From: an uncultured bacterium
Lineage (GTDB): Bacteria; Acidobacteriota; Thermoanaerobaculia; Multivoradales; JAHEKO01
DNA length: 64,000 nt
Direction of reading: 5' to 3'
NCBI GenBank assembly: GCA_905479655.1
Contig: CAJQNK010000123.1
Coordinates: 26,553 to 90,552, forward strand
The position numbers were made by a program, and so were the translations under genes. This document shows positions 48,267 through 57,927 of the stretch, piece by piece. Numbering within the stretch: the stretch's first letter is position 1; the number at the start of each line of letters is the position of its first letter. The notes under the pieces are model-generated. The model saw nothing but the letters and a program-made list of their open reading frames with translations, did not search any database and was not told the origin of the DNA.

Positions 48267-48998
48267 TCAGTCGGTCTTCGCTCGTCCGCGGACGACGGAG
48301 ACCACGAGGCTCGCGGCCTCCTCGATCCCGACCCGGTCCCGCTGGATCACCAGGTCGTAGTGCAGCGGGTCGTCGGCGTCGCGGTCGTAGTAGCGGCGCA
48401 CGAAGTCGTCGCGCCCACGATCGGTCTGACGCAACTTGCGCCTCGCCTCGCGCAGCGTGAGGTCATGGCGCTTCGCCACCCGGGCCGCGCGGACCTCGAT
48501 GTCGCCCACCAGGCGGATCGCGGTGCCGCGGTCCGGCGGCAGCAGGAACTGGGCCCCTCGGCCGACGAAGACGGCGGAGCTGTGCTGCGCGGCCAGCAGG
48601 ATGATGCGGGCGAGGTGGACCGCGTACTCCGTCTGGGTCACGGAACGCTGGTCGAGCCACTTGGCGAAGATCTCGTGGATCCAGTTGGCGGTGGTCTCGT
48701 CCACGAGCTCCAGCATCCGCCGTGGCAGCTGGTAGCGCCGCGCCATGAAGCTGAGCAGCTCCCGGTCGAGGACCTCCCAACCCAGCTCATCGGCCACCCG
48801 CCGCGCGAGGGCCGACCCGTCCGTACCCGACTGCCGGGAGATGGCCAGCCAGGGACTGAAGTACTGGGCCAGCGGCCGCTTCTTGCGCCCCTCCCTCTGG
48901 AGACGGCGGGCCACCTCGCCCTCGAGCGTCCAGAGCTTCATCTTCCGCTCGGCTGCCCGTTCCAGAATGCGCCGTTCCTCGGTGGGGCGAGCGGACAT
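48267..48998 (-). CDS. Cytidylate kinase-like family protein
   Basis: AISRQSGTDG, LGWEVLDREL, VFVGRGAQFLL, DPLHYDLVI; AAGGAGG RBS. Confidence 0.85.
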   Translation of the reverse strand: MSARPTEERRILERAAERKMKLWTLEGEVARRLQREGRKKRPLAQYFSPWLAISRQSGTDGSALARRVADELGWEVLDRELLSFMARRYQLPRRMLELVDETTANWIHEIFAKWLDQRSVTQTEYAVHLARIILLAAQHSSAVFVGRGAQFLLPPDRGTAIRLVGDIEVRAARVAKRHDLTLREARRKLRQTDRGRDDFVRRYYDRDADDPLHYDLVIQRDRVGIEEAASLVVSVVRGRAKTD

Positions 48999-49385
48999 GG
49001 GTACCCTCCTTCCCGGAGTCCTCGCGACCGGTCGGAGGCGGGCCTGGTCACGAACCGGGCAACGCTTCCCGAATCGTCGGGCGCTCGCGGGCGCCGGGCG
49101 CGGGTTCAAGACGATTCTACCCCTCCGCCGGCTCCGGGTCACCTTGCTTTCGTCATCGACGACCGACTGGCGTTTCGCGGCCGGCGACCGGCGGGTTAGC
49201 ATGAGCGGCCAGCCGTTCACCCCCCGGGATGAACCTCGAGCCCCGTGGGTCGTATACCTCGGCTGGGAGCCCGCAGTGGGTCGGGCAGCACATGATGAAG
49301 CACCTCCACCAGGCCGACGCCGAGACCGCCCGGAAGGCCGAGGGGAAGGACGGAACGAAGGTGTCGGGCGGGGGCGACTGAGCCG

Positions 49386-50099
49386 ATGGCCGCGATCCTG
49401 GGGTACCTGGTCATCGTCCTGCTCCTCGGAGCGCTCGTCCTGTTGCACGAGCTGGGGCACCTGCTCGCGGCCCGGGGGGTCGGCATCCCGGTCGCGCAGT
49501 TCTCCGTGGGCTTCGGCCCCGCGGTGTGGCGGCGCCGGTGGCGGGGAACGGAGTGGTGCCTGCGCATCGTGCCCCTCGGCGGGTACGTCGTCCCGTCCCT
49601 GGAAGAAGAGGAGTTTCGCAGCGTTCCCCTCGGGCGGCAGCTGACGTTCTTCCTCGGCGGGCCGGTGGCGAACCTGCTCGGCGCCGTGGGGCTCGCCTGC
49701 GCGCTGCAGCTCGCGAGGGAGGGCTGGTCGCTGTCTCTGCTGTGGCAGCCCATCGTCGAGACCTTCCGCTTCACCTGGGCGGTTCTCGGCTCCCTGTCGA
49801 CGCTCGCGGATCACCCGGAGACCGTCTCCGGTCCGATCGGGATCATCGCCCAGGGTTCCGGCTACGTCGTGGCCGGTGCGGGGGTCGAGCTGGCCCTGGC
49901 TCTCTCCGTCTCCCTCGCGATCCTGAACCTCCTGCCGGTGCCGATTCTCGACGGCGGCCAGATCGTCCTCGCCGGTCTCGAGGCGGCCTTCCCCCGGGTC
50001 GAGCGCCTGCGGCCGGCGCTGACCGTCGTGGGACTCGTTCTGGTCGGTGGCCTGATGCTCTTCGCGACCTGGCAGGACCTCGCCCGGCTGCTCACCTGA
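49386..50099 (+). CDS. Site-2 protease (M50, RseP-like) lacking PDZ domains
   Basis: HELGH, FSVGFGP, PLGGYV, GGPVAN, SGPIGI, NLLPVPILDGG; only 237 aa. Confidence 0.88.
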   Translation: MAAILGYLVIVLLLGALVLLHELGHLLAARGVGIPVAQFSVGFGPAVWRRRWRGTEWCLRIVPLGGYVVPSLEEEEFRSVPLGRQLTFFLGGPVANLLGAVGLACALQLAREGWSLSLLWQPIVETFRFTWAVLGSLSTLADHPETVSGPIGIIAQGSGYVVAGAGVELALALSVSLAILNLLPVPILDGGQIVLAGLEAAFPRVERLRPALTVVGLVLVGGLMLFATWQDLARLLT

Positions 50100-50119
50100 G
50101 CCGGGCGGGAAGCGGTGGC

Positions 50120-52006
50120 CTACCGGGCGCCGCCGACGGAGGCGGGGCGCTCCACGAGCAGGTCGTCGACCCAGGCCTCGGAGCCCGCGGCGCCGAGGCT
50201 GAAGGCGGTCGTGCCCCATACGGCTCCGTACTCCGGCTCCGGGCCGGAGACGACCTCCGTGCCGTCCACCAGGACGCGCACCGTGGCACCGTCGGATTCG
50301 AGGCGGACGGTATGCCACACGTCGAGCCCGAAGGCGAAGTCGGCGGCACCGAGCTCGGTGACACCCTCCAGCGTCGAGCGGGTGAGGGTCAGGCGGTCGG
50401 CGCTGATTCTGGCCGTGTAGCCCTGGAGGAGGGCCTGGTAGGCGGCCGTGGAGAACAACGCCTCGCCGGCGACGAGCTTGACGCGGGCCTCCGCGGAGTA
50501 GGAGCGCAGGGGCGCGAAGATCAGGAGGGCCAACGGACTCCCGCCGCTGCCCAGGGTGCCGTGCAGCGCGCGGTTGGCTCCGTCGCCCTCCGGTACGAAC
50601 TCCCAGCGGTTGCCGCCGCCGTAGAGCTGGAACCAGGCGCCCGTCTCCACGGGGTCTTCGAAGTCGCTCTCGAAGAGGATCCCGGTCGGCTCATCCGCCG
50701 GCCAGACCTGCTCGGCCCGTCGGCTCAGAGTCAGCAGCTCGGCCTCCATCTCCGCCGCCAGGTCGGGGTCGGAAAGGGCGAGATCCAGCTCCTCGAGAGG
50801 GTCGGCATCGAGATCGTAGAGCTCGATCCCCGCGTCGGGGAGGAGGGCCTCCCCGCCATGGATGAGCTTCAGGTTCTCCCGCTCGTAGCTGCGGGTGATC
50901 TCGTCGTGTGCGACCCGGCGGGGCGGTCGCGGGTCGACGAGCAGGCTCTTGCCCTGAAGACCGCCCGGCGCCGGGATGCCCAGGCCCTGGAGGATGGTCG
51001 GCATGAGGTCGAGGTGGTCGGCGTTGCCGCCCAGCGTGACCCCCCGCAGCCCGCTCCAGATCGCAGCGCCCGACCGCGGCGGCACCACGAGCAACGGCAC
51101 CCGGGTGTTGCCGTCGTACTGCCCCTCGTGGCAGAAGTAGTAGCCGCGCTCCCCGGCGAGCTCCTCGCCGTGGTCCGCCGTGACGATGACGAGCGTGTTC
51201 TCGCGCAGCCCCTGCGCCTCCAGCACGTCGAAGACCTGCCGGAGCTGGTCGTCGATGTATGCGAGGAGCCCGTCGTACTGGGCGACGTACCAGTCCATGC
51301 TCACGATGTCGTCGATCACGGCGGTCGGCTTCATCCCGCCGATGCAGTCCGAGGAGATGCCGGGGACGTCACCCAGGCCGCCGTAGTACGGGTCGTCGAC
51401 GAACAGGGTGTCGTAGGGCGCGGGCGCGACGTAGGGGGCGTGGGGCCCGATGGGCTGGGCATGGACGAAGAACGGTCGTCGGGCCGGGTCCTCGAGGACG
51501 GCGACGAGCTGGTCGGTGTGGTTCTGGTCGGGGCGCGGGGTCAGGACCGTCGTCTCGTAGACGCGCGCCATCCGCGACGCCGGCGTCAGCACCGAGTTGC
51601 TGGTGATCGCCGTGGTGCTGTAGCCGTGCTCCGCGAGGAGCTCGGGAAGGGTCTTCCAGGCCGGGCTGATGGAGAGCTCCTGGGCGTAGACCTTGTGGGT
51701 CGTGACCGTCCGCGAGGTCAGGATCGAGGAGACGCTGGGCCAGGTCCAGGTGGAGGAGGAGTGGAAGTCCGTCCACAGGGCGCCCTCCGCCGCCAGGCTC
51801 TCCAGGAACGGCGTCGTCCGGCGCTCATAGCCGTAGAGGCTGAAGTGGTCGGCCCGCGCCGTGTCGATGACGTAGAGGAGGACGTTGAGCGCTCCCCGGT
51901 CGAGAGCGGGCTCGGTGAGCCCAGGGGCGGCGCTGGCTGCACCGGCCGTCAGGCAGCAAGCGACCGCCAGGTGGACGGTGGCGACGCGGCGGATCTTGGA
52001 GTTCAT
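50120..52006 (-). CDS. Secreted sulfatase-like protein with C-terminal lectin/DUF1080-like beta domain
   Basis: NVLLYVIDTARADH, STWTWPSVSSILT, PHAPY, TADHGEE, ELYDLDADP; C-terminal FESDFE..WHTVRL. Confidence 0.82.
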   Translation of the reverse strand: MNSKIRRVATVHLAVACCLTAGAASAAPGLTEPALDRGALNVLLYVIDTARADHFSLYGYERRTTPFLESLAAEGALWTDFHSSSTWTWPSVSSILTSRTVTTHKVYAQELSISPAWKTLPELLAEHGYSTTAITSNSVLTPASRMARVYETTVLTPRPDQNHTDQLVAVLEDPARRPFFVHAQPIGPHAPYVAPAPYDTLFVDDPYYGGLGDVPGISSDCIGGMKPTAVIDDIVSMDWYVAQYDGLLAYIDDQLRQVFDVLEAQGLRENTLVIVTADHGEELAGERGYYFCHEGQYDGNTRVPLLVVPPRSGAAIWSGLRGVTLGGNADHLDLMPTILQGLGIPAPGGLQGKSLLVDPRPPRRVAHDEITRSYERENLKLIHGGEALLPDAGIELYDLDADPLEELDLALSDPDLAAEMEAELLTLSRRAEQVWPADEPTGILFESDFEDPVETGAWFQLYGGGNRWEFVPEGDGANRALHGTLGSGGSPLALLIFAPLRSYSAEARVKLVAGEALFSTAAYQALLQGYTARISADRLTLTRSTLEGVTELGAADFAFGLDVWHTVRLESDGATVRVLVDGTEVVSGPEPEYGAVWGTTAFSLGAAGSEAWVDDLLVERPASVGGAR

Positions 52007-52084
52007 GGCACGGGTCCTCTCTGGGGGTGGGTCGCTTCGACGCAGGCAACGACTTCCCGCACGGTACTCTCGGCCGGCTTCCCT

Positions 52085-54217
52085 CTACGGCTCGCGCAGA
52101 AGCCGAAGCGCCTCGAGTTCCTCGGCGCTGCCGGGCGCGAGCTCGGCAACCCGCCGGAGATGCCGCCGGCCTTCCTCGACGGCGCCGGTCGCCAGCTCGG
52201 CGCGGCCCAGGCGCAGGAGGATCGAGACGCTCGAGGGCGCCAGCTCCGCGGCGCGGCGGTAGCGCCCCGCCGCCTCTGCCCCTGAGCCGGTGCGCTCGGC
52301 GTGGTCGCCCCAGAGAACCCAGGCCATCGCCCACTTCGGCGTCAGCTCGGTGGCGGTCGCGAAGTGGCGCTCCGCGGCGGCGGATCGTCCGCCGGCCATC
52401 TCGATCTGTCCCAGTCGGGCGTGGATGGCCGCGCTCTCCGTCCCGGCCTCCACCGCCGACAGCAGGAGCTCGCGCTCCCGGTCCGGCCGGCCGCTGCGTA
52501 GCGCGATCTCCCCCAGGCCGAGCCAGGCCCGTGCGGAGCGGGGATCGAGCTCGAGGACGGTCTCGAGAGTGTCGCGGGCGTCGTCGGTCCGGCCGAGGGC
52601 GAGGAGAGCCTCGGCCAGGTGGAGGTGAAGGAACTCGAGACGCGGGTTGAGCTCGACGGCTCTGCGCAGGGTGGCGAGTGCCGCCTCGCCCTGGCCCGCC
52701 GCGCGCTCGGCGCCGGCGAGATGGGTGAGGAAGGGGATGGTGTCGGGGCTCCGGCGCACCAGGTCCCGAAGGGCGGCGACCGCGGGCCCGGGGTGGCCGG
52801 CTCGGAGGAGTTGGCGGGCCTCGTCGAGCTCCGCGAGCATCTTCACTCCGTCCTTCGGATCAATCGAACCGCCTTCCGGCGAGCCGCCGGTGAGGTAGCC
52901 GAGGGCCCGCAGATCGGCGGCCAGACCGGCGTCGATCGGCTCGGCGGCCGGTGCGGACTCCGCTCGCGGCCCCTCGAGCGCCGCGAGCTCGCTCTCGAGC
53001 CGCTCGGCGACCTCGGGCTCCTCGCGCACCCGGTTCGAGGTCTCGTCCGGGTCGGCCGCCAGGTCGTAGAGCTCCAGGCCGGGTCCGCGGATGAGACGCC
53101 ACGACCCGTCCGTGATCGCGGTGAGCGGGCTCCATCCGTAGGCGGTCGCCGGCAGTCGCGTCTCGCTGAAAATCGGCCGGGGGGAGGGATCCGCGCCGGT
53201 CGACGGCAGCCCGGGCAGGGGCACGCCGAGGCCGGGCGCCTCCGCCGTGAGGCCGAGAAGGCAGAGGAGCGTGGGAGCCAGGCGTCGGGACGCGACCGTC
53301 TGCTCCACGACCCGGCCGGACGGAACCCCGGGTCCGGCGACGATCAGGGGCACCGCGAGCGTGGCGCCGTGGAGGAAGAGCCCGTGGGTCCGCTCGCCGT
53401 GCTCGCCGAGCGACTCGCCATGGTCGCCCACCGCCGCTACGATCGTGCTCCGACCGTCCTCGGGAAGAGCGGCCAGGAGACGGGCGATCTGGCTGTCCAC
53501 GTAGGCGATCTCGCCCGCGTAGCCCGCCTCCGGAGTGGCGTCGCGCCACGGCTCGGGCGGGGAGTAGGGGGCGTGGGGATCGTAGTAGTGGACCCAGAGG
53601 AAGAAGGGACGGCCCGCACTCCGCCGGGCGAGCCAGTCGAGGGCCCGGGAGGTCACGGCCTCGGCATCGCGCTCGGGGTATCCGTACTCGCCGACCTCCT
53701 CCGCGGTCATCCGGTCGTCGTAGGTGGCGAATCCCGCGGCGAGGCCGAACCGGCGGTCGAGCACCCGCGAGGCCACGAACGCCCCGGTGTCGTACCCCTC
53801 GGCCGCCAGGACCGTCGCCAGCGTGGGTACTCCGGGGGTGAGGACACTGGTGCCGTTGTCGCGCGCGCCGTGCGCGGGAGGCGCGAGGCCGCTCAGCAGG
53901 GAGGCGTGAGACGGGAGCGTGAGGGGTGAAGACGAGACGGCGTCGGACCACCGGGTGCCGCGGGCGGCGACCGCGTCGAGGGTCGGCGTGCGAGCCTCCG
54001 CATTGCCGTAGATCCCGAGGGCGTCGGCACGGGTGGTGTCGAGGGTCAGGAGCAGCAGGTGCGGGGCGGCGACCGCCGCCGGCTCGCTCGATCGCGCGGA
54101 AGCTGATGGCGCCGGCGGCACCGCCGCCATCAGCACCGCTGCCAGCAACGCCGCCAGCAGCATCGGGGGCCGGTGGGCCGGTCTTCGCCGGCAGTCGCGG
54201 GGGGCCGTCGTCGTCAT
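52085..54217 (-). CDS. Secreted sulfatase-like + TPR protein
   Basis: LLTLDTTRAD, PLTLPSHASLLSG, WVHYYDPH, GDHGESLGEHGE, LRALGY, DPKD, then TPRs. Confidence 0.88.
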   Translation of the reverse strand: MTTTAPRDCRRRPAHRPPMLLAALLAAVLMAAVPPAPSASARSSEPAAVAAPHLLLLTLDTTRADALGIYGNAEARTPTLDAVAARGTRWSDAVSSSPLTLPSHASLLSGLAPPAHGARDNGTSVLTPGVPTLATVLAAEGYDTGAFVASRVLDRRFGLAAGFATYDDRMTAEEVGEYGYPERDAEAVTSRALDWLARRSAGRPFFLWVHYYDPHAPYSPPEPWRDATPEAGYAGEIAYVDSQIARLLAALPEDGRSTIVAAVGDHGESLGEHGERTHGLFLHGATLAVPLIVAGPGVPSGRVVEQTVASRRLAPTLLCLLGLTAEAPGLGVPLPGLPSTGADPSPRPIFSETRLPATAYGWSPLTAITDGSWRLIRGPGLELYDLAADPDETSNRVREEPEVAERLESELAALEGPRAESAPAAEPIDAGLAADLRALGYLTGGSPEGGSIDPKDGVKMLAELDEARQLLRAGHPGPAVAALRDLVRRSPDTIPFLTHLAGAERAAGQGEAALATLRRAVELNPRLEFLHLHLAEALLALGRTDDARDTLETVLELDPRSARAWLGLGEIALRSGRPDRERELLLSAVEAGTESAAIHARLGQIEMAGGRSAAAERHFATATELTPKWAMAWVLWGDHAERTGSGAEAAGRYRRAAELAPSSVSILLRLGRAELATGAVEEGRRHLRRVAELAPGSAEELEALRLLREP

Positions 54218-54517
54218 CCTCTGCTCTCGGCGTCGAGGGGTTCCGTCGGGCTCGGGCGAGCGCGCCGTCGGACGCGGAAGCGGGCCACCCGGCGGACGGG
54301 CGCCGATTATACCCGGGGGCCCGAGACCGCCTCGAAATAGAGCTTTCGTTCCTCTCCCTTTGTTTGGTAAGGTTGTTCAATTCCTGAGAACCGGTCGACG
54401 CGATGTAGGTGATCCGCTACCGCTGCCCGAGTCCTTCGCGGAGGACGGGGGTGATCCGGACCCTCCGGAGTCGAGTGCCCTGCCGCGCCGACCACCCTGA
54501 GAGAAAGAGGAGGCTCC

Positions 54518-57500
54518 ATGCGAGCGAGTCGTCGAGGATCTGCCTGGTCCGTCTGTCTTCTGGTTGCGGTCGTGTTTTCGGCCGTGCCGGCTCCGGCTGC
54601 GATCCAGCCGGAGAGAAGCCCCGAGATTGCCGCGCTCGAGCTGTACAGCTCCGAGCTCAACGTGCGCAACGTCTACCAGGAGGTGGGCCAGCTCCCGGGC
54701 AGCCTCGCCTCCGCGGCGCAGGGGGACCTGTTGGCTCTCGGGTTGACTCCCGAGCGCGCGCGGATCGACCGCCGCACGGGTCGCTGGGGGACGCTCCTCC
54801 TCTCCCGTCCCCTGATCCCCGGCAGCGGCGTCGGCAACGACCTCCGCTGGGACGAGGCTCCGCGCAACGATGCGGCTCTTCAGGCCCGGGTCTGGACGGC
54901 CTTCGCCGCCTTCCTCGACGCGCACCGCGGTGAGCTGCGGGTCGATCGGTCCGAGATGCCCAACCCGGGCCGTGTCACCGTCCACGAGGACGGCAACGTG
55001 ATCCAGATCTACGCCCCGCGCGTGATCGACGGCATCCCGGTGCGTGACAGCTACATCAACGCGGTGGTCAACCACGGCAACCTGGTGCTCGTGGGCGTGA
55101 ACAACTGGGGTGACGTCCGCTCCTCGGTGCAGCCCTCGGTGAGCCCGGAGGCGGCGCGTCGCGTCGTGGACGAGCACGTCGGAGACGTCCGGGTCCGGGG
55201 CCTCTGGCGGGGTACCTCGCTGATCATCCTGCCGCTGGCCCGTGGCGCCGACAGCGCGCGAGTGGAGCCGGGGCGTGGTCTCGACCACCGTCTGGCGTGG
55301 GTCGTGCGGCCGCTGCTGGCGGGGGACCAGGGCCGCTGGGAGGCGTTGGTCGACGCCGAGACCGGGAGGCTCCTCGCTTTCCAGGACACCCAGCACTACG
55401 CTTCGGCCCGTCTCGTCCAGGGTGGCGCCTACCCGGTGTCGAACGACGGCGCTCCGCCCGACGGAGTCGAGGTGCTCGGCACGCCGATGCCCTTCGACAG
55501 CGTGGTCACCGAGGTCGGGACGCTGGTCACCGATTCGGGTGGCAACCTGCCGCTGGCGGTCGACGGCAACATCACGTCGTCGCTGGACGGGCAGTACGTC
55601 AGGATGGCCGACGTCTGCGGCGCGATCAGCCTGACCTCCGGGGGCGACCTCGACTTCGGCGGCTCGGGCGGAGACGACTGCACCACGCCGGGATTCGGCG
55701 GCGCCGGGAACACCCACTCGTCGCGCTCGGGCTTCTACGAGCTCAACCGGATCAAGGAGCAGGCGCGCGGCTGGCTGCCCGCCAATGGGTGGCTCATGGG
55801 TACGCTGACCGCCAACATGAACATCAACTCCAGTTGCAACGCCTTCTGGAGCGGCTCGACGGTGAACTTCTACCGCTCCGGCGGTGGCTGTGGCAACACC
55901 GGTGAGCTCGCCGGCGTTTTCGACCACGAGTGGGGCCACGGCATGGACGACAACGACGCCGTTCCCTCGATCTCGAATCCGGGCGAGGGCATCGCGGACG
56001 TCTACGCCGGCCTGCGTCTCGATACGTCCTGCATCGGCCGCGGGTTCTTCTCCAGCAACTGCGGCGGCTACGGCGACCCCTGCATCGCCTGCACGGGCAT
56101 CCGCGACATCGACTGGGCCAAGCGCGTTTCGGGGGTACCGCACGACATCGCCTGGATCGACGCCAACTGCGGCGGCGGTCCCGCGCCCTGCGGCGGCATC
56201 GTCCATTGCGAGGGGGCCGTGTACTCCGAGGCGGTATGGGACACGTACACGCGAACCCTGCCGAACCAGAGCGGCCTCGATCCCAACACGGCGTTGGAGG
56301 CGACCACGCGGCTGACGTTCCTGGGCGCGGGTGGCGTCGGGAGCTGGTACCAGTGCTCCGCGCCGTTCGGCGGCTGCAACGGGAGCGGTGGCTACCTCAA
56401 CTACCTGGCCGCCGACGACGACGACGGTGACCTGAACAACGGCACGCCGCACATGACCGCTCTGTTCAATGCGTTCGACCTGCACGACATCGCGTGCAAC
56501 ACCCCGGTGGTGCAGGACTCGGGTTGCGTGGGCACCCCGACGTCGGCGCCCATCGTGACCTCGTCGCCCGCCGACAAGTCGGTCGCCCTGTCCTGGGACC
56601 CCGTCGCCGACGCGACGGAGTACCAGGTCTTCCGCGGCGAGGGCGTCTTCCAGTGCGACTTCGGCAAGGTGAAGATCGGGGAGACCACGGGGACGAGCTT
56701 CATGGACACGGGCCTGCAGAATGGGCGCGAGTACTCCTACGTGGTGATCCCGATGGGCTCCGCCGACACCTGCTGGGGGCCGGCCTCGAGCTGCACGGTC
56801 GAGACCCCGGTGAGCGGTCCGAACCTGTCGGTCGACCCGGGCTCGCTGGTCCTCACCTTCAACACGGGTGACGGCGACGACTTCATCGACAACTGCGAGT
56901 CGGCGACCGGCACCTTCACGGTGACCAACACCGGTCTCGGAGGTCTGACCAACGTGAACCTCGAGTCGATGGTCTCCACGTCGCACCCGCTGGTGTCGAT
57001 CGACGCCGTGGGCATGATCACCCCGGACATCCTGGCCGAGGGCGAGAGCGCCACCGGGACCTTCGACTTCACCGCCAAGGGCCTCGCCCACCTCGACACG
57101 CTGTTCTTCGAGGCGACGGTGACGGCGACGGAGATCGCGGGCGACCGGACCGGCAGCGTATCGACCGGCTCGGCCGAGAGCGATGCCGAGTTCGTCGCCG
57201 CCATCACCTACGACTTCGAGGCCGATACCAACGGCTGGGAGGTGATCTCCGGGACGTTCGACCGCACGGACGCGAGCGGCGGTGGCGCCAACGGCACTGC
57301 CTTCTACGAGCAGTCCTCGTCCTTCCTCGAGGACCAGTGCGACCACATCCGGTCGCCCGTCGTCTCGTTGTCGCCCACGTCGACACTGAGCCTCTCGACC
57401 CGCTTCGACATCGAGGCGGAGTTCACCCCGGGGGTCTGGTACGACCGCGCCAACGTCGGTCTGTACGACCTCGGGACCGGGTCGCGGACGCTGGTCACGC

Positions 57501-57793
57501 CGTCGGGCGGTCGCGCCTACAACGCGAGTGGCGCCAACGGCACCTGCGGCACGGACGGTCAGGGGGGTTGGGCCGGCACGATGGACAGCTGGTCTCCCAG
57601 CGCCTGGACGTCGACGGCGCTGAAGTCGGCCGAGTTCTCCGGCAAGCGCATCCAGCTCGATGTTCGTTACGGCACCGATCCTCTGGAGCACGGCTTCGGC
57701 TTCCGCTTCGACGAGGTCACGCTGACGGACCTGGCGCTCGTGGTGCCCGACACTCAGAAGAACTCGTCGACGCTGGGGGTCTGCGTCCCCTAG
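54518..57793 (+). CDS. Large secreted gluzincin metallopeptidase (M4/M36-like) with propeptide, FN3 and further beta domains
   Basis: Signal peptide; PepSY-like WEALVDAETG; CNAFW, HEWGH, GEGIAD; Cys-rich; FN3-like LSWDPVADATEYQVFR..DTGLQNGREYSY. Confidence 0.85.
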   Translation: MRASRRGSAWSVCLLVAVVFSAVPAPAAIQPERSPEIAALELYSSELNVRNVYQEVGQLPGSLASAAQGDLLALGLTPERARIDRRTGRWGTLLLSRPLIPGSGVGNDLRWDEAPRNDAALQARVWTAFAAFLDAHRGELRVDRSEMPNPGRVTVHEDGNVIQIYAPRVIDGIPVRDSYINAVVNHGNLVLVGVNNWGDVRSSVQPSVSPEAARRVVDEHVGDVRVRGLWRGTSLIILPLARGADSARVEPGRGLDHRLAWVVRPLLAGDQGRWEALVDAETGRLLAFQDTQHYASARLVQGGAYPVSNDGAPPDGVEVLGTPMPFDSVVTEVGTLVTDSGGNLPLAVDGNITSSLDGQYVRMADVCGAISLTSGGDLDFGGSGGDDCTTPGFGGAGNTHSSRSGFYELNRIKEQARGWLPANGWLMGTLTANMNINSSCNAFWSGSTVNFYRSGGGCGNTGELAGVFDHEWGHGMDDNDAVPSISNPGEGIADVYAGLRLDTSCIGRGFFSSNCGGYGDPCIACTGIRDIDWAKRVSGVPHDIAWIDANCGGGPAPCGGIVHCEGAVYSEAVWDTYTRTLPNQSGLDPNTALEATTRLTFLGAGGVGSWYQCSAPFGGCNGSGGYLNYLAADDDDGDLNNGTPHMTALFNAFDLHDIACNTPVVQDSGCVGTPTSAPIVTSSPADKSVALSWDPVADATEYQVFRGEGVFQCDFGKVKIGETTGTSFMDTGLQNGREYSYVVIPMGSADTCWGPASSCTVETPVSGPNLSVDPGSLVLTFNTGDGDDFIDNCESATGTFTVTNTGLGGLTNVNLESMVSTSHPLVSIDAVGMITPDILAEGESATGTFDFTAKGLAHLDTLFFEATVTATEIAGDRTGSVSTGSAESDAEFVAAITYDFEADTNGWEVISGTFDRTDASGGGANGTAFYEQSSSFLEDQCDHIRSPVVSLSPTSTLSLSTRFDIEAEFTPGVWYDRANVGLYDLGTGSRTLVTPSGGRAYNASGANGTCGTDGQGGWAGTMDSWSPSAWTSTALKSAEFSGKRIQLDVRYGTDPLEHGFGFRFDEVTLTDLALVVPDTQKNSSTLGVCVP

Positions 57794-57843
57794 CTCCACG
57801 GAGTCGTCGATCCGGCGGGTAGCGTTCGCACCCGTCGGAGATC

Positions 57844-57883
57844 GAGGCGTCGGGCCGTTCACGGCCCGGCGCCTCTTCCTTTT
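57844..57883 (+). terminator. Intrinsic terminator
   Basis: GAGGCGTCGGGCCG-TTCA-CGGCCCGGCGCCTC-TTCCTTTT. Confidence 0.75.
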
Positions 57884-57927
57884 CGCGCGTTCGGGTACCG
57901 CGGGGGCCGTGCTACGCTGCCGCCGCT

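Noticed and set aside
49292..49381. 29-codon ORF MMKHLHQADAETARK... just upstream of the S2P gene
   Set aside because: No RBS or recognisable motif; cannot be supported from sequence alone
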